From: Bacteroidota bacterium
GTDB taxonomy: Bacteria > Bacteroidota > Bacteroidia > UKL13-3
Assembly (NCBI GenBank): GCA_947446605.1
Contig: CANFHJ010000001.1
Location: 2,071-66,070, forward strand
DNA: 64,000 bases
Direction: 5' to 3'
In this document: positions 11,290-21,805 of the stretch, one piece after another
Numbering within the stretch: position 1 is the stretch's first letter
How the letters are laid out: every line of letters starts with the position of its first letter
Translations under genes and position numbers: made by a program
The notes under the pieces: generated by a model
Seen by the model: the letters and a program-made list of their open reading frames with translations, nothing else
What the model was told of the DNA's origin: nothing
Database searches by the model: none

Positions 11290-12339
11290 TTAATTTTCTT
11301 CGGTATAGTATATTTTATAGAATTTTCTGCCGTCAGTTTCGGTGCCCTTTTCTATTAAATTTTTGTTTCCATGAATGTATATATGGAAGTTTTTGTCCAA
11401 TTTTAATACACTCTTAAATACACGTGCCTGCTTCTTCACTGCTTGATCCGAAATGTCAAATCCATCTCTTATTTCAATGTCTAATTCTGTTTCAACTTGT
11501 TTTTGATAATCCTTAAATGATGTAATCAAACCTTCATGATCACCAAAAACAGTTTTGGAGAAATCTTGTTGGTCAAAGCGTTCATTATCCTTGAAATACG
11601 CTACAGATCGGTTAAGTAAATCTATTTGATCTGCTTTGCTCACCTCAAATTCTTCTTTTAATTGCTTGGTAACAAAGTCTTTTGTAACAGTTAAAAAGTT
11701 TTCTGTAAAATGAAAATTATCACTGCAGGGTTTTATTTTCAAGAATTGATCTCTCCAATATAGAGCCTCCGCACTTTTGTTTACGCGGTCTACAGCGCAT
11801 ACTTTAAATCCTTTTTCGCTGTCAATATTTATAATTAAGCAGCCTTTGTCTAATTTGTCTATAGGTGTTCCTAAATCATAATTTACACTAAAACCAGTAC
11901 CTGCTCTTTGCATTTTAATAAAATGATCCTTGGTCTCAGCCTTAAACAAACCTATGGCCTGAACCAAATTCCCTTCATATTGAAGGTCTTTAAATTTCGC
12001 CACATAAAAATCTCCTGATTTAATATTGGGATGTAAAGCGGTTTCATAAAGATGTTTGGCTAAATGAATACTTTGTATATGAAAACTTCCCTCTTGCTCA
12101 AAACACTGCTTAGCGTAGTGATAAACTGGATTTAATTCATGGTCGTCGTTGCTAAAACTTAAATGAAAATATTCTGATTGGTGAAAGGGCTTCAAGAAAT
12201 ATTGTAACAATAATTCCTCCAATTTTTCATCCTTAGTTGATACAGTTTCCTTCGAAATAATAATTGGTTCGCCATTGGTTTTATTTCCAATTTGGTGAAC
12301 AGAAACAGCATTAAGCGTAAGTAAGGAGAAATCTAGCAT
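11290..12339 (-). CDS. nucleoid-associated protein, NdpA/YejK-like (tentative)
   Basis: 349 aa cytoplasmic protein. The size and N-terminal pattern are consistent with the YejK family. Confidence 0.4.
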   Translation of the reverse strand: MLDFSLLTLNAVSVHQIGNKTNGEPIIISKETVSTKDEKLEELLLQYFLKPFHQSEYFHLSFSNDDHELNPVYHYAKQCFEQEGSFHIQSIHLAKHLYETALHPNIKSGDFYVAKFKDLQYEGNLVQAIGLFKAETKDHFIKMQRAGTGFSVNYDLGTPIDKLDKGCLIINIDSEKGFKVCAVDRVNKSAEALYWRDQFLKIKPCSDNFHFTENFLTVTKDFVTKQLKEEFEVSKADQIDLLNRSVAYFKDNERFDQQDFSKTVFGDHEGLITSFKDYQKQVETELDIEIRDGFDISDQAVKKQARVFKSVLKLDKNFHIYIHGNKNLIEKGTETDGRKFYKIYYTEEN

Positions 12340-12470
12340 GGGTAATTTTTCACGAAAAATAAGGATTCGGCTAAGTATTCTCCCAATTTTATTTTTTTTA
12401 TACCATCAAAGGTAAATCAATCCTTTTGTGCAATAGGCAATTCCAATCCTATTGATTAACTTGCAGCCCT

Positions 12471-12776
12471 ATGCAAATGATTGAATTTACCACAGCCGCT
12501 AAAGAGGCCATTGCACATTACCAACAAACACTTCAGATTCCTGAAGATTATTTTTTACGCGTTGGAATCCGTCAGAAAAATTCACAAGACAAAGGATTGT
12601 TAATAGGCTTCGATGCCAAGACCGATAAAGACAGGTCGATGCTTGTTGATGGAATTGAAGTTATTTACAATGCAGGTCAAATTTTCTTTTTTGCTGGTAT
12701 GCTCATTGATTACCAGGAACAAAATGGGAGAAAAGGCTTTAAATTTGTTGAAAAGGCCAAGGCTTCTGCACAATAG
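12471..12776 (+). CDS. HesB/IscA-like small protein lacking the Cys triad (tentative)
   Basis: 101 aa. The fold-like pattern resembles A-type carriers (RVGIRQKN...GLLIGFD) but there are no conserved cysteines. Confidence 0.3.
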   Translation: MQMIEFTTAAKEAIAHYQQTLQIPEDYFLRVGIRQKNSQDKGLLIGFDAKTDKDRSMLVDGIEVIYNAGQIFFFAGMLIDYQEQNGRKGFKFVEKAKASAQ

Positions 12777-12781
12777 GCAAC

Positions 12782-14014
12782 ATGACATTCATAGAGAACA
12801 TAAAAATAGCTTTAAATTCTATCAATGGGAATAGATTAAGGGCCATCATTACAGCACTTATTATTTCTATCGGTATAATGGCTTTAGTTGGCATTCTTAC
12901 TGCCATTGATGGTATTAAGGCAGGTATCAATAATTCCTTTTCGAGTATGGGAGCCAATACCTTTAATATTAAAAATAGGGGACAAGGCATTCGCTTTTCT
13001 GGTGGCGGTAGGGGAAGTAAAAAGTTTAAAGCCATCTCTAAATCTGAAGCAGATAAATTTGTAGCCGAATTTAAATTTCCCTCTACTACTTCACTTTCGG
13101 TGAATGCCAGTTTTGCAAGTACCGTAAAATACCAAAATGCCAAAACAGATCCCAATATTATGGTAATGGGAGGCGATGTAAATTACCTAAATGTTGCTGG
13201 ATATGACATTGAACAAGGGAGGAATTTTTCTGAGAAGGAAGTTGTCTCCGCCTCCAATGTGGTTATATTAGGAACAGAAATTAAAAATAAATTATTCCCT
13301 AATACCAATCCATTGGGCGAAAGTGTTTTTGTAGGTGGGGCAAAGTTCCGTGTAGTTGCCTACCTTAAATCTAAAGGCTCAAGTATGGGTTTCGGTGGAG
13401 ATCGTTTAGTAATTGTGCCGATCCAAAATGCCTACCAAACATTTTCTATGCCCAATATGAGTAGCGTAATTACGGTAGCGGTAAAAGATGTTTCTACTAT
13501 TGATTTTGCCGTGGAGGAAGCAACAAGCTTGTTTAGAAAAATTAGAAAAATACCTGTTCGTGGCGAAGAAAATTTCAGTATCATGAAAGCAGATAATGTT
13601 GCCAAAGAACTGATAAGTAATTTGAGCTATGTAACCATTGCTGCTACTGTAATTGGCTTCATTACCCTATTGGGTGCTGCTATAGGATTAATGAATATCA
13701 TGTTGGTTTCTGTTTCGGAACGAACACGAGAAATTGGTATTCGAAAAGCAATTGGTGCTACTCAAAAAATGATTCGTCAGCAATTTTTATTTGAAGCTGT
13801 TGTGATCTGCCAAATTGGTGGTATTGGCGGCATAATTTTTGGAATTATTATAGGTAATATTGTTACAAGTTTGGTGGGTGTTGGTTTTATTATTCCTTGG
13901 CTTTGGATGCTGAGTGGAATTACACTTTGTGTTATAGTTGGACTTGCAAGTGGTCTTTATCCTGCCATCAAGGCAAGTAAATTAGACCCTATTGAAGCAT
14001 TACGCTTCGAATAA
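12782..14014 (+). CDS. ABC transporter permease, MacB/FtsX family (LolE/MacB-like)
   Basis: 410 aa with TM1, a roughly 230-aa periplasmic domain and a C-terminal FtsX 3-TM bundle (ERTREIGIRKAIGA). Confidence 0.8.
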   Translation: MTFIENIKIALNSINGNRLRAIITALIISIGIMALVGILTAIDGIKAGINNSFSSMGANTFNIKNRGQGIRFSGGGRGSKKFKAISKSEADKFVAEFKFPSTTSLSVNASFASTVKYQNAKTDPNIMVMGGDVNYLNVAGYDIEQGRNFSEKEVVSASNVVILGTEIKNKLFPNTNPLGESVFVGGAKFRVVAYLKSKGSSMGFGGDRLVIVPIQNAYQTFSMPNMSSVITVAVKDVSTIDFAVEEATSLFRKIRKIPVRGEENFSIMKADNVAKELISNLSYVTIAATVIGFITLLGAAIGLMNIMLVSVSERTREIGIRKAIGATQKMIRQQFLFEAVVICQIGGIGGIIFGIIIGNIVTSLVGVGFIIPWLWMLSGITLCVIVGLASGLYPAIKASKLDPIEALRFE

Positions 14015-14021
14015 TAAGTAT

Positions 14022-15074
14022 ATGGAAAAAAAATTAGCTCAATTTAGTGAAACCTATTCACAAGGATTATGGATTGCCTCAATCGTTTTTTTTGCAGTTG
14101 CACTCCTGCGTTTATTCTCTGTTTTAAAAACAAAATCTACCAGGCATTGGATTCATCCTGCTAAATCGGGTTGGTTCGTAATTGCTATTAAATTATTATT
14201 TTTTGTTGGTTTGCTGGCCTTCCTTGCCGATATTCCTATTTGGTTTTTCACAGTTGCGCAATTCCGTCCAATTGCACCAAAAACCCCTTATTGGTTTTTT
14301 ATTTTTGTGATGCTTTACATCACTATTCAGGAGATGATATTGTCGCTCACAGCCTCTCAAGCATTGGTGGATGGATTTGTAAAACGCATGGTATTTTTCT
14401 TAATCAGTATCTTTTGTAGTTTCTCTTTCATCCTTGCTGCATTTATTGTTCCTACAACTTATGCTTATCCCCCTAAAGAGGATTGTGTATTACTCAGTTT
14501 GCCTGTTAAAGGAACTTGGCTAGCCATGCATGCGGGTCAAGAAAAATGGGTTAACTACCACAGCAATTACCCGCCACAACGCTTCGCAATTGATATGGTT
14601 AAACTCAATAATACAGGCATGTTTTTTGCCAATAATGGCGAAGATAGCACAGACTTCAACTCTTTTGGAGATTCTGTTTTTGCCCCAAGCAACGGAATTA
14701 TTTTTGATTTGGCAGATGGTTTTCCAACACAAAAAATTTATGCCGGCGACGATAGCATTAACCCTGCAGGGAATTATATTGAACTAAAATTAGCCGAAAA
14801 TAAATATTTATTTTTAGCACATTTAAAAGCAGGTAGTCTTCAGCTCAATTTAGGTGATACCGTTCATGAAGGTCAATTTATTGCATTGAGTGGAAACAGC
14901 GGAAATACCAGCTTCCCTCATCTTCATATGCATATTCAAGATAAAAGTGCTTTTAATGATACACTGAGCACTGGTCTGCCTTTTAGGTTCAAAATGCTCG
15001 AACGAAAACGTGTTTTTTCTTGGGAGAAATTAGAAAACACTTGGCTCATTAGAAACGATCAATTCAGGAATTAA
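14022..15074 (+). CDS. membrane-anchored M23 (LytM-type) metallopeptidase
   Basis: About 5 predicted N-terminal TM helices followed by an M23 domain with HxxxD (HSNYPPQRFAIDM) and HxH (HLHMH) motifs. ATG 14022 lies 8 nt after the permease stop; the track's TTG at 13992 would overlap the permease. Confidence 0.7.
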   Translation: MEKKLAQFSETYSQGLWIASIVFFAVALLRLFSVLKTKSTRHWIHPAKSGWFVIAIKLLFFVGLLAFLADIPIWFFTVAQFRPIAPKTPYWFFIFVMLYITIQEMILSLTASQALVDGFVKRMVFFLISIFCSFSFILAAFIVPTTYAYPPKEDCVLLSLPVKGTWLAMHAGQEKWVNYHSNYPPQRFAIDMVKLNNTGMFFANNGEDSTDFNSFGDSVFAPSNGIIFDLADGFPTQKIYAGDDSINPAGNYIELKLAENKYLFLAHLKAGSLQLNLGDTVHEGQFIALSGNSGNTSFPHLHMHIQDKSAFNDTLSTGLPFRFKMLERKRVFSWEKLENTWLIRNDQFRN

Positions 15075-15974
15075 ATGCAAAGTTTATTGCTCTGGCCGGT
15101 ACTCAATGAAATGAGTTTTATTGGCCTAACTTTTGCCTTCTTAAGTATGGTTTTCTTTTTTTTCTATGTAAAAGAAAAATTCAAGAAAACAGCAACAGTT
15201 AAAGCGTATAGCATTTTGTTTTTTGCATTTGTATTTTACACAATAGCCGCATTTTCGTTTGTATTTCTTTATGCCTTAAATGCATTTTTTCATATTGGCA
15301 TACCAGTATTCGAGTCTTATTTTTGGTTCTTGCCTTACTCTTTAACTATTGCCTTGTTGGGAGCCTTTGTAGCCTTTTTGCTTTATTTTATTGGCCAAAA
15401 ACTTTTTAAGGAAAATGTTTTCAAAGCCATGAATTTAAGCTTGCTCATTCTCTTGCCTTGCATCATTTATTACTTATTCTTTTGGCCTTTCCTTACCATT
15501 ACCAGAATAATAATTGAACCGCTTGCAAGCAATCAGGTAAGTCAAAATGAGGTAAATTCCAATGGGCTAGAAATGCGCCATTACAATGCCGGGATTAAGT
15601 ATATTCCAGCTGTTCCTTCACAATTATTCGACTCCTTGTTTATCTCTAAAAAAGGGGAAAATCGCATTCAATTTATAAACAATACCAATGGGTTTTCTTA
15701 TGAACATCAAATACCCATGAATGAGATCTCTCAATTATATATTTCACCAATACACCGGTACAAACAAATTGCAGTATTGGCTTTAAGTCTAGCTATTGTT
15801 GGGAATTCGGTATTAATTGTTTGTGATTCTATGGGTACAAAAATCTATCAAAACAAATTTGATGAATTTATAAATAGAATGAGCATCAGTGAAGATGGGA
15901 ATTATTTGCTACTTCAAAAAAACAATGAAATGGATAGTTTGGTTTTTTATGCTTGTCTGCAATTAAGACCTTAA
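15075..15974 (+). CDS. polytopic membrane protein of unknown function
   Basis: 299 aa with about 6 TM helices in the N-terminal half. Its start codon overlaps the M23 gene stop (TAAATG). Confidence 0.45.
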   Translation: MQSLLLWPVLNEMSFIGLTFAFLSMVFFFFYVKEKFKKTATVKAYSILFFAFVFYTIAAFSFVFLYALNAFFHIGIPVFESYFWFLPYSLTIALLGAFVAFLLYFIGQKLFKENVFKAMNLSLLILLPCIIYYLFFWPFLTITRIIIEPLASNQVSQNEVNSNGLEMRHYNAGIKYIPAVPSQLFDSLFISKKGENRIQFINNTNGFSYEHQIPMNEISQLYISPIHRYKQIAVLALSLAIVGNSVLIVCDSMGTKIYQNKFDEFINRMSISEDGNYLLLQKNNEMDSLVFYACLQLRP

Positions 15975-17104
15975 GGGTTTACTATAAAAGCATCAGATGC
16001 TATGCCATCTGCAAAGAATTTTCCATCTTTACTCAGTAGCATAACATTTTCTTTAGCAAGTAATTTTCCGCTAGCAATGTGCTTTGCTAAATCCTTTTTT
16101 AATTGCGTACTTTTTTCGATCCCAAACCTTTTTTCTATCAATGCCAAATCAATACCCCACATGGTGCGCAGCCCCGTCATTACATATTCATTAAATTGAT
16201 CAGCTATACTTAAGTTTTCTGTTTCTAGTGGCAATTCGTTTTTTTCAATACTGAGAATATACTGTTGGTTATTGCTAATATTCCACATACGTTGCCCAGG
16301 AAAAAAACTATGTGCGCCCGGACCAACACCTAAATAGCTTTCATTTTTCCAATAATTAGTATTGTGTAAGGCAAAGGCATTTGGTTTTCCAAAATTAGAA
16401 ATCTCATATTGTACAAATCCAGCTGCTTCGCTCAAGTTTTGAAGTCTTTCAAATTGGCTAGAACTGTTTTCTTCTAATGGCAAAATCATTTTATCTTTTT
16501 TAGCCAATTTGCCAAAAACAGTATTGGGCTCTAGCGTTAAACAATAGCTCGATAAATGGTCAATTTCCAATGAAAAAGCATTGGCCAAATTACTTTCCCA
16601 TGTTTGCATTTCCATTCCAGGAATGCCATATATTAAATCAATGCTAATTCTATTAATGCCAATTTGCTTTGCCTTTTGCACACTTTCATATGCTTCCTTT
16701 GCCGTATGTGCCCTGTTCATAAATTTCAAATGAGCATCTTCAAAACTTTGAATTCCTATGCTCAACCTGTCTACTGGCGTGTGTTTGAGCCAATTTAAAA
16801 ATGTATCGGACAAATCATCTGGATTTGCTTCAAACGTAAATTCCTTTAATGCGGAAATGGCGTAATTTTCAACAATTGCCTCATAAATTATATAGAATTC
16901 CTTTTCACTTAATAAGCTAGGTGTACCGCCTCCAAAATAAATACTGTCAATTGTTTGGCCAGCTAAACTTTCTTTTCTTAAAAATAATTCTTTTGCAATT
17001 GCCGCTACAAGCTTTTCTTTGTAGGAAAGGAGCGTACTAAAGTGAAAATTACAATAGTAACATGCTTGTTTGCAAAACGGAATATGTATATAAATGCCAG
17101 CCAT
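15971..17104 (-). CDS. hemW: radical SAM heme chaperone HemW (HemN-like, oxygen-independent coproporphyrinogen oxidase family)
   Basis: CxxxCxxC motif IPFCKQACYYCNF. Start taken at ATG 17102-17104 (MAGIYIHIPF). Confidence 0.8.
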   Translation of the reverse strand: MAGIYIHIPFCKQACYYCNFHFSTLLSYKEKLVAAIAKELFLRKESLAGQTIDSIYFGGGTPSLLSEKEFYIIYEAIVENYAISALKEFTFEANPDDLSDTFLNWLKHTPVDRLSIGIQSFEDAHLKFMNRAHTAKEAYESVQKAKQIGINRISIDLIYGIPGMEMQTWESNLANAFSLEIDHLSSYCLTLEPNTVFGKLAKKDKMILPLEENSSSQFERLQNLSEAAGFVQYEISNFGKPNAFALHNTNYWKNESYLGVGPGAHSFFPGQRMWNISNNQQYILSIEKNELPLETENLSIADQFNEYVMTGLRTMWGIDLALIEKRFGIEKSTQLKKDLAKHIASGKLLAKENVMLLSKDGKFFADGIASDAFIVNP

Positions 17105-17161
17105 AGGTATCTTGCGAATTACGCTTGCAATGTTTGAGTTTCCAAAACGTTTCAATAATAA

Positions 17162-18931
17162 TTGAAAAGATATAGTCTCATATGTATTTTATTTTTCCTC
17201 GCATTTTTTGCAGAGGCACAATTGCTATATACCCAAATATATAGGTTCGAACCAAAGAATGCAGCGTTCGAAAAATTGCTTGCAAGTCAAACAAAAGGCG
17301 ATAGTTTATTTATTGAAAGGAATAAAAATGAGATCCTACTCAAATGTTACCAAGCTTCCTATTTAAGTGCAGCTATTAATAGCCAAATTTGGCAAAATGA
17401 TACTGTTTATATTTCGGTTCGAACCGGCCCCGCCTTTGAATTAAAGGAATTAAGGATGGGAAATGTTCCGCTCGAATGGCAAAGTATACCTGGACTTCAT
17501 TTGGTGGCTGGTAAATCTAAATTAATTAATCCCAAACAACTTTTTGTTGGTTTGAACCAATTGTTAATTCATGCCGAAAACAATGGCTTTCCCTTTGCAA
17601 CAGTTACCCTCGATAGTCTTGATGCAGATTCAAATGGTATTTATGCAGCAATCAATTTGAAGAAAAGCCAATTGGTGTTTTTTGATAGCATTGATTTTGG
17701 TGGTACAGCAAATATCCAAAAAAACTTTTTGCAGAATTATGCTAATATTAAGCCTGGCGCACCCTACCAAGAAGAGCTATTGAAGAATTTAGATGCTAGA
17801 TTGAGCGAATTGTCTTATATTCAAGTTGCCCAACCTTTGGGAGTCTATTTTTATGGCAACAAAGCAAAACCATATGTTTATATTAATAAACGCAAAGCTT
17901 CCAGTTTTGATGGTGTAATAGGTTTTGCGCCCAATAGCAGCATTAATAATAAATTGGTATTAACGGGTGATCTTAACTTAAAATTAGTAAATCTACTTGG
18001 TTCGGGTAAAAACTTTGAATTGGCCTATAGGGGTTTCTTAAATAATAGCCAGGATTTACAACTAAAAATAAATTGGCCCTATTTTCTAAATTCAAAATTA
18101 GGAATCGACTATGCTTTTAAATTGATGAAGTTTGATACTACTTGGCTCGAACTTTATAATGATATTGGACTTCAATACAGATTTACTGGAAATAATTATA
18201 TAAAAATTTACCTGCAATCACAAACTGTTCACGTGTTAGCTGCCGACACCCATTTTGTTGCTGAAAATAGAAAATTACCTTCAGTAAATGATGTTAAAAA
18301 CAATATATATGGAATTGCTATTCGTAAATCAACTTTAGATTATTTTCTTAATCCCCAAAAAGGTTTTTTAATAGAATTAGAAGCAGGAGCGGGAACTAAA
18401 CAAATAGTTAAAAACGCAAGTATTTCAGATGTAGCAATTACAAGTAATGGGAAAACATATGCCATTTATGATTCAGTAAAACTATCTAGTTTGCAATATA
18501 AATGTCAGGGTAATTTAATGTTGTTTACAAAACTGGCCTCTCATTTTGTATTACTCACACAGGCCAAAGGCGCAATCATTGCAAATGAAAACCTGTTTTT
18601 AAACGAACTTTTCCGCATCGGTGGATTAAAAACCTTAAAGGGTTTTGACGAACAAAGTATTTTCGCAAATAAGTTTATCATTGCAAACTTGGAAATGAGA
18701 TACCTGTTTCAACAAAATTCAAGTTTTTTAGTGTTTTGGAATGGCGCTTATTATAAAAATGAGGTTCACAGTCCTCAATTTACTGATAAGCCTTGGGGTA
18801 TAGGAGCAGGGATGAACATTGAAACAGGTGCAGGAATATTCTCTTTGTATTATGCAATGGGAACTCAGAAAGGAAACACCTTAGAAATTCAAAGTGCTAA
18901 AATTCATTTTGGATTTGTAAGTTTCTTTTAA
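17162..18931 (+). CDS. outer-membrane beta-barrel protein (Omp85/TamA-like, tentative)
   Basis: 589 aa with a signal peptide and a C-terminal aromatic residue (..GFVSFF). TTG start. Confidence 0.4.
   Translation: MKRYSLICILFFLAFFAEAQLLYTQIYRFEPKNAAFEKLLASQTKGDSLFIERNKNEILLKCYQASYLSAAINSQIWQNDTVYISVRTGPAFELKELRMGNVPLEWQSIPGLHLVAGKSKLINPKQLFVGLNQLLIHAENNGFPFATVTLDSLDADSNGIYAAINLKKSQLVFFDSIDFGGTANIQKNFLQNYANIKPGAPYQEELLKNLDARLSELSYIQVAQPLGVYFYGNKAKPYVYINKRKASSFDGVIGFAPNSSINNKLVLTGDLNLKLVNLLGSGKNFELAYRGFLNNSQDLQLKINWPYFLNSKLGIDYAFKLMKFDTTWLELYNDIGLQYRFTGNNYIKIYLQSQTVHVLAADTHFVAENRKLPSVNDVKNNIYGIAIRKSTLDYFLNPQKGFLIELEAGAGTKQIVKNASISDVAITSNGKTYAIYDSVKLSSLQYKCQGNLMLFTKLASHFVLLTQAKGAIIANENLFLNELFRIGGLKTLKGFDEQSIFANKFIIANLEMRYLFQQNSSFLVFWNGAYYKNEVHSPQFTDKPWGIGAGMNIETGAGIFSLYYAMGTQKGNTLEIQSAKIHFGFVSFF
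17244..17253. repeat. GGTTCGAACC palindrome, copy 2 (in the OMP gene, read R-F-E-P)
   Basis: Exact 10-mer. Confidence 0.9.
17416..17425. repeat. GGTTCGAACC palindrome, copy 3 (in the OMP gene, read S-V-R-T; extended 12-mer CGGTTCGAACCG)
   Basis: Exact 10-mer. Confidence 0.9.
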
Positions 18932-18939
18932 AATTAATT

Positions 18940-19881
18940 ATGAAAAAAAGAGTTGCTTTGATTTTGTTCCTTTTGCTCCAAGTTATACTAGCTGGAGCCA
19001 AAGATACAGTGCTTGTATTACAAGCCAAAGACACGCTCATTGTAAAAGTTGATAGTGCCAATATTGAAAAAGAACACGCTCCTCAAAATTTATTGGATAG
19101 TTTAAGGCATCCGGAAATGTTACGGAAGTTCTTTTTCCTGCAGGAGCAAATTCATGGCAATGTTATTCAATTTCAACATCCAGATCAAGTAAGAGATTTA
19201 CCTCATTTAAAAGCAATTCGTTTAAGAACCTTGCACGAAGACAATTGGAAGTTTTGGATTTTACTCTTAACTATATTGTTTTTGGCGCTTATTCGCCTAA
19301 TGAACGTAAAGCGCTTCGATGAAATTTTACTATCCGCTTTCGATCTTCATGCAGATTTCTCCAAATATTCAGATAAGTCGGGTAATTATTTTATGAGCAA
19401 TTTGGGTCTGTTTCTGAATTTTATTTTATCCTTATCACTTTTTTTAACCAACCTATTTGAAATAAACCATGTGGTAGAATCAGATAATTATTATTTGTTG
19501 TTTTGGCAGTTTTCTTTGGTTTTACTGCTATTTTATATTGGTAAGGTTTTGTTAAATTTAATTCTTGGTGGCATATTTAAATTAAGCAGCCTTTCTACCA
19601 TTACACTTATCAATGCAATAGTTGTAAATAATATTTTGGGAGTGGCATTGGTCTTTTTAAATCTGTTTTTTGTGTTCGTTTCCGATCCATTTACAAGTAA
19701 TATTATATCCGCACTAATTTTTATAATAATCTTAATATCAGTAATTTATAGGCAAATTAAGAATTTAATGATGGGGCCTCAAGCAGGGAAGTTTCAATTT
19801 TTGTACATATTTTTGTATCTTTGCGCCTTGGAATTATTACCATGGTTAGTTCTGTTCAAACTGTTTTTAAATAGCTGGTAG
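18940..19881 (+). CDS. DUF4271-like membrane protein
   Basis: 313 aa with a signal peptide and a multi-TM C-terminal half. It sits immediately upstream of hemD, as in many Bacteroidota. Confidence 0.4.
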   Translation: MKKRVALILFLLLQVILAGAKDTVLVLQAKDTLIVKVDSANIEKEHAPQNLLDSLRHPEMLRKFFFLQEQIHGNVIQFQHPDQVRDLPHLKAIRLRTLHEDNWKFWILLLTILFLALIRLMNVKRFDEILLSAFDLHADFSKYSDKSGNYFMSNLGLFLNFILSLSLFLTNLFEINHVVESDNYYLLFWQFSLVLLLFYIGKVLLNLILGGIFKLSSLSTITLINAIVVNNILGVALVFLNLFFVFVSDPFTSNIISALIFIIILISVIYRQIKNLMMGPQAGKFQFLYIFLYLCALELLPWLVLFKLFLNSW

Positions 19882-19882
19882 A

Positions 19883-20641
19883 TTGAAAAAAGCAAAAATT
19901 AAGAGTATTCTGATCTCTCAGCCAAGGCCTGAAAATGAGAAGTCGCCCTGGTACGATTTAGAGAAAAAGTACAAATTGAAAATGGATTTCCGCCCTTTCA
20001 TTCAGGTGGAACCAGTTTCAGGAAAAGAATTTAGGCAACAAAAGGTAAACATCCTTGATTATACAGCGATGATTCTTAACTCGCGTAATTCTGTCGACAA
20101 TTTTTTTCGCATGTGCGCTGAGCTTAAATTAGAGATTCCAATAGACATGAAATACTTTTGTGTAAACGAAAGTATTGCCAATTATTTGGCCAAATATATT
20201 CAGGTAAGAAAGCGTAAAATTTTCACTGGAAAAGGAACAGAAATAGAATTGTTTCCCTTGTTTAAAAACCATCCTACAGAAAAATTCTTATTTCCTTGCA
20301 GTGATTGGCGCAAGCAAGACATTGAAAAATTCATGAAAAAAAGCAAGTTTCAATTCAAAGAAGCTTTCTTTTATAAGATCAAATCGGCTGATTTGTCAGA
20401 TTTAACGCACGTTAATTACGATATTATCGCATTTTTTAGTCCGGCCGATATTCGCTCACTTTACGAGAATTTTCCAAAGTTCAAACAGAACAAAACGCTC
20501 ATCGCTGGGTTTGGTGCTACAACCATCAAAGCTATGGTAGACGCGGGTTTGGTGGTTAATGTGCAAGCTCCAACTCCTGTTTCACCTTCCATGATTACTG
20601 CTGTAGATAAACACATCGAAGCCCATAATAAGTCGGTTTAG
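19883..20641 (+). CDS. hemD: uroporphyrinogen-III synthase
   Basis: 252 aa. The N-terminus KSILISQPRPENEKSPWYDLEKKYKLKMDFRPFIQVE matches Bacteroidota HemD. TTG start. Confidence 0.5.
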   Translation: MKKAKIKSILISQPRPENEKSPWYDLEKKYKLKMDFRPFIQVEPVSGKEFRQQKVNILDYTAMILNSRNSVDNFFRMCAELKLEIPIDMKYFCVNESIANYLAKYIQVRKRKIFTGKGTEIELFPLFKNHPTEKFLFPCSDWRKQDIEKFMKKSKFQFKEAFFYKIKSADLSDLTHVNYDIIAFFSPADIRSLYENFPKFKQNKTLIAGFGATTIKAMVDAGLVVNVQAPTPVSPSMITAVDKHIEAHNKSV

Positions 20642-20754
20642 CAGGTGTCTAGAAAGCTATAATTTTTCTTTAATTTTCAACAAAATTCCTTTTATTTAAG
20701 ATATTTTCTATATTCGTAATTACGTTTTCTAGATATTATTTTAAAATAAAGCGA

Positions 20755-21756
20755 ATGAGATCAATCATTACTCGAGTTTTTTTAGGGATAGCAATTCTTG
20801 TTAGTGCCAGTGATATCAAGGCTCAACAAGATCCGCACTACAGTCAGTTTATGTATAATAAACTTGCCTACAATGCTGGTTTTGCTGGTGCAACAGATGG
20901 AAAAATCTGTGCAACCTTGCTACACCGTACCCAATGGATGGGTTTTGGAGGACAAACTGTAAATGGTTTGGCACAAGGTAAAGCACCGGTAAATTTAGTT
21001 GGAAGTATCAATGCCGCCATAGGCAAACGTTTTGGTATTGGTGGTACTATTGTGAGTGATGAATTAGGTTTTGAAACAATGACCATGCCTCGTTTAACTT
21101 TGTCGTATCGTCATCCATTAGGTGATGGGGGTGTATTGGCAGCTGGGGTTGGTGTTGGTTACATGCAACGCACATTAGATGGAACTAAATTAAAAGCTTT
21201 AGATCCAAACGATCCAAAAATTCCTAATATAGCAGTAAGTGGAAGTGCATTAGATGTAGATTTTGGTTTATATTACACAAAAGATAATTTGTTCGGTATT
21301 TTAGATAATTTCTATGCTGGTGCTTCTGCCACACATTTAAATCAAAATCAAATTACCTATGAGTTTGGTTCGAACCGAACCATTATTGATAGCAAAATGC
21401 ATATGTATTTTGTTACTGGAGGTGAATACCAATTAAATTCTACTATGAAATTGCAGCCAAACCTTATTGTTAAAAAGGATCCAGCAAAAATTCAAGCAGA
21501 TTTAAATTGCTTTTTAGTTTGGAATGAAAATTTAAGAGGAGGTTTAACTTGGCGTCCAATGGATGCTGCAGTTGTATTAGTTGGTTACCAGTTCCCATTT
21601 GGTTTAAATGTGGGTTATAGCTATGATTTAACCACTTCTCGCATATTAAAATACAGTTCAGGATCGCATGAAATCATGATTCGTTATTGCTTTGGTGTCA
21701 CAATTCCTAAGAGAGTTCCGGTGCTAAGGTCAAGATATACACCAAGATTCATGTAA
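20755..21756 (+). CDS. sprF: type IX secretion system membrane protein PorP/SprF family
   Basis: The N-terminal signature QQDPHYSQFMYNKLAYNAGFAG is diagnostic of the PorP/SprF family. Confidence 0.8.
   Translation: MRSIITRVFLGIAILVSASDIKAQQDPHYSQFMYNKLAYNAGFAGATDGKICATLLHRTQWMGFGGQTVNGLAQGKAPVNLVGSINAAIGKRFGIGGTIVSDELGFETMTMPRLTLSYRHPLGDGGVLAAGVGVGYMQRTLDGTKLKALDPNDPKIPNIAVSGSALDVDFGLYYTKDNLFGILDNFYAGASATHLNQNQITYEFGSNRTIIDSKMHMYFVTGGEYQLNSTMKLQPNLIVKKDPAKIQADLNCFLVWNENLRGGLTWRPMDAAVVLVGYQFPFGLNVGYSYDLTTSRILKYSSGSHEIMIRYCFGVTIPKRVPVLRSRYTPRFM
21367..21376. repeat. GGTTCGAACC palindrome, copy 4 (in sprF, read G-S-N-R)
   Basis: Exact 10-mer. Confidence 0.9.
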
Positions 21757-21805
21757 TAAATAGACAATACCTAACGTTATCTTTACAAATTAAATTAAGT
21801 TTTAC

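Noticed and set aside
12600-13155. Short ORFs 12600-12788(-), 12613-12834(+) and 12739-13155(-)
   Set aside because: They overlap the HesB-like gene and the MacB permease in other frames or on the other strand. They are spurious.
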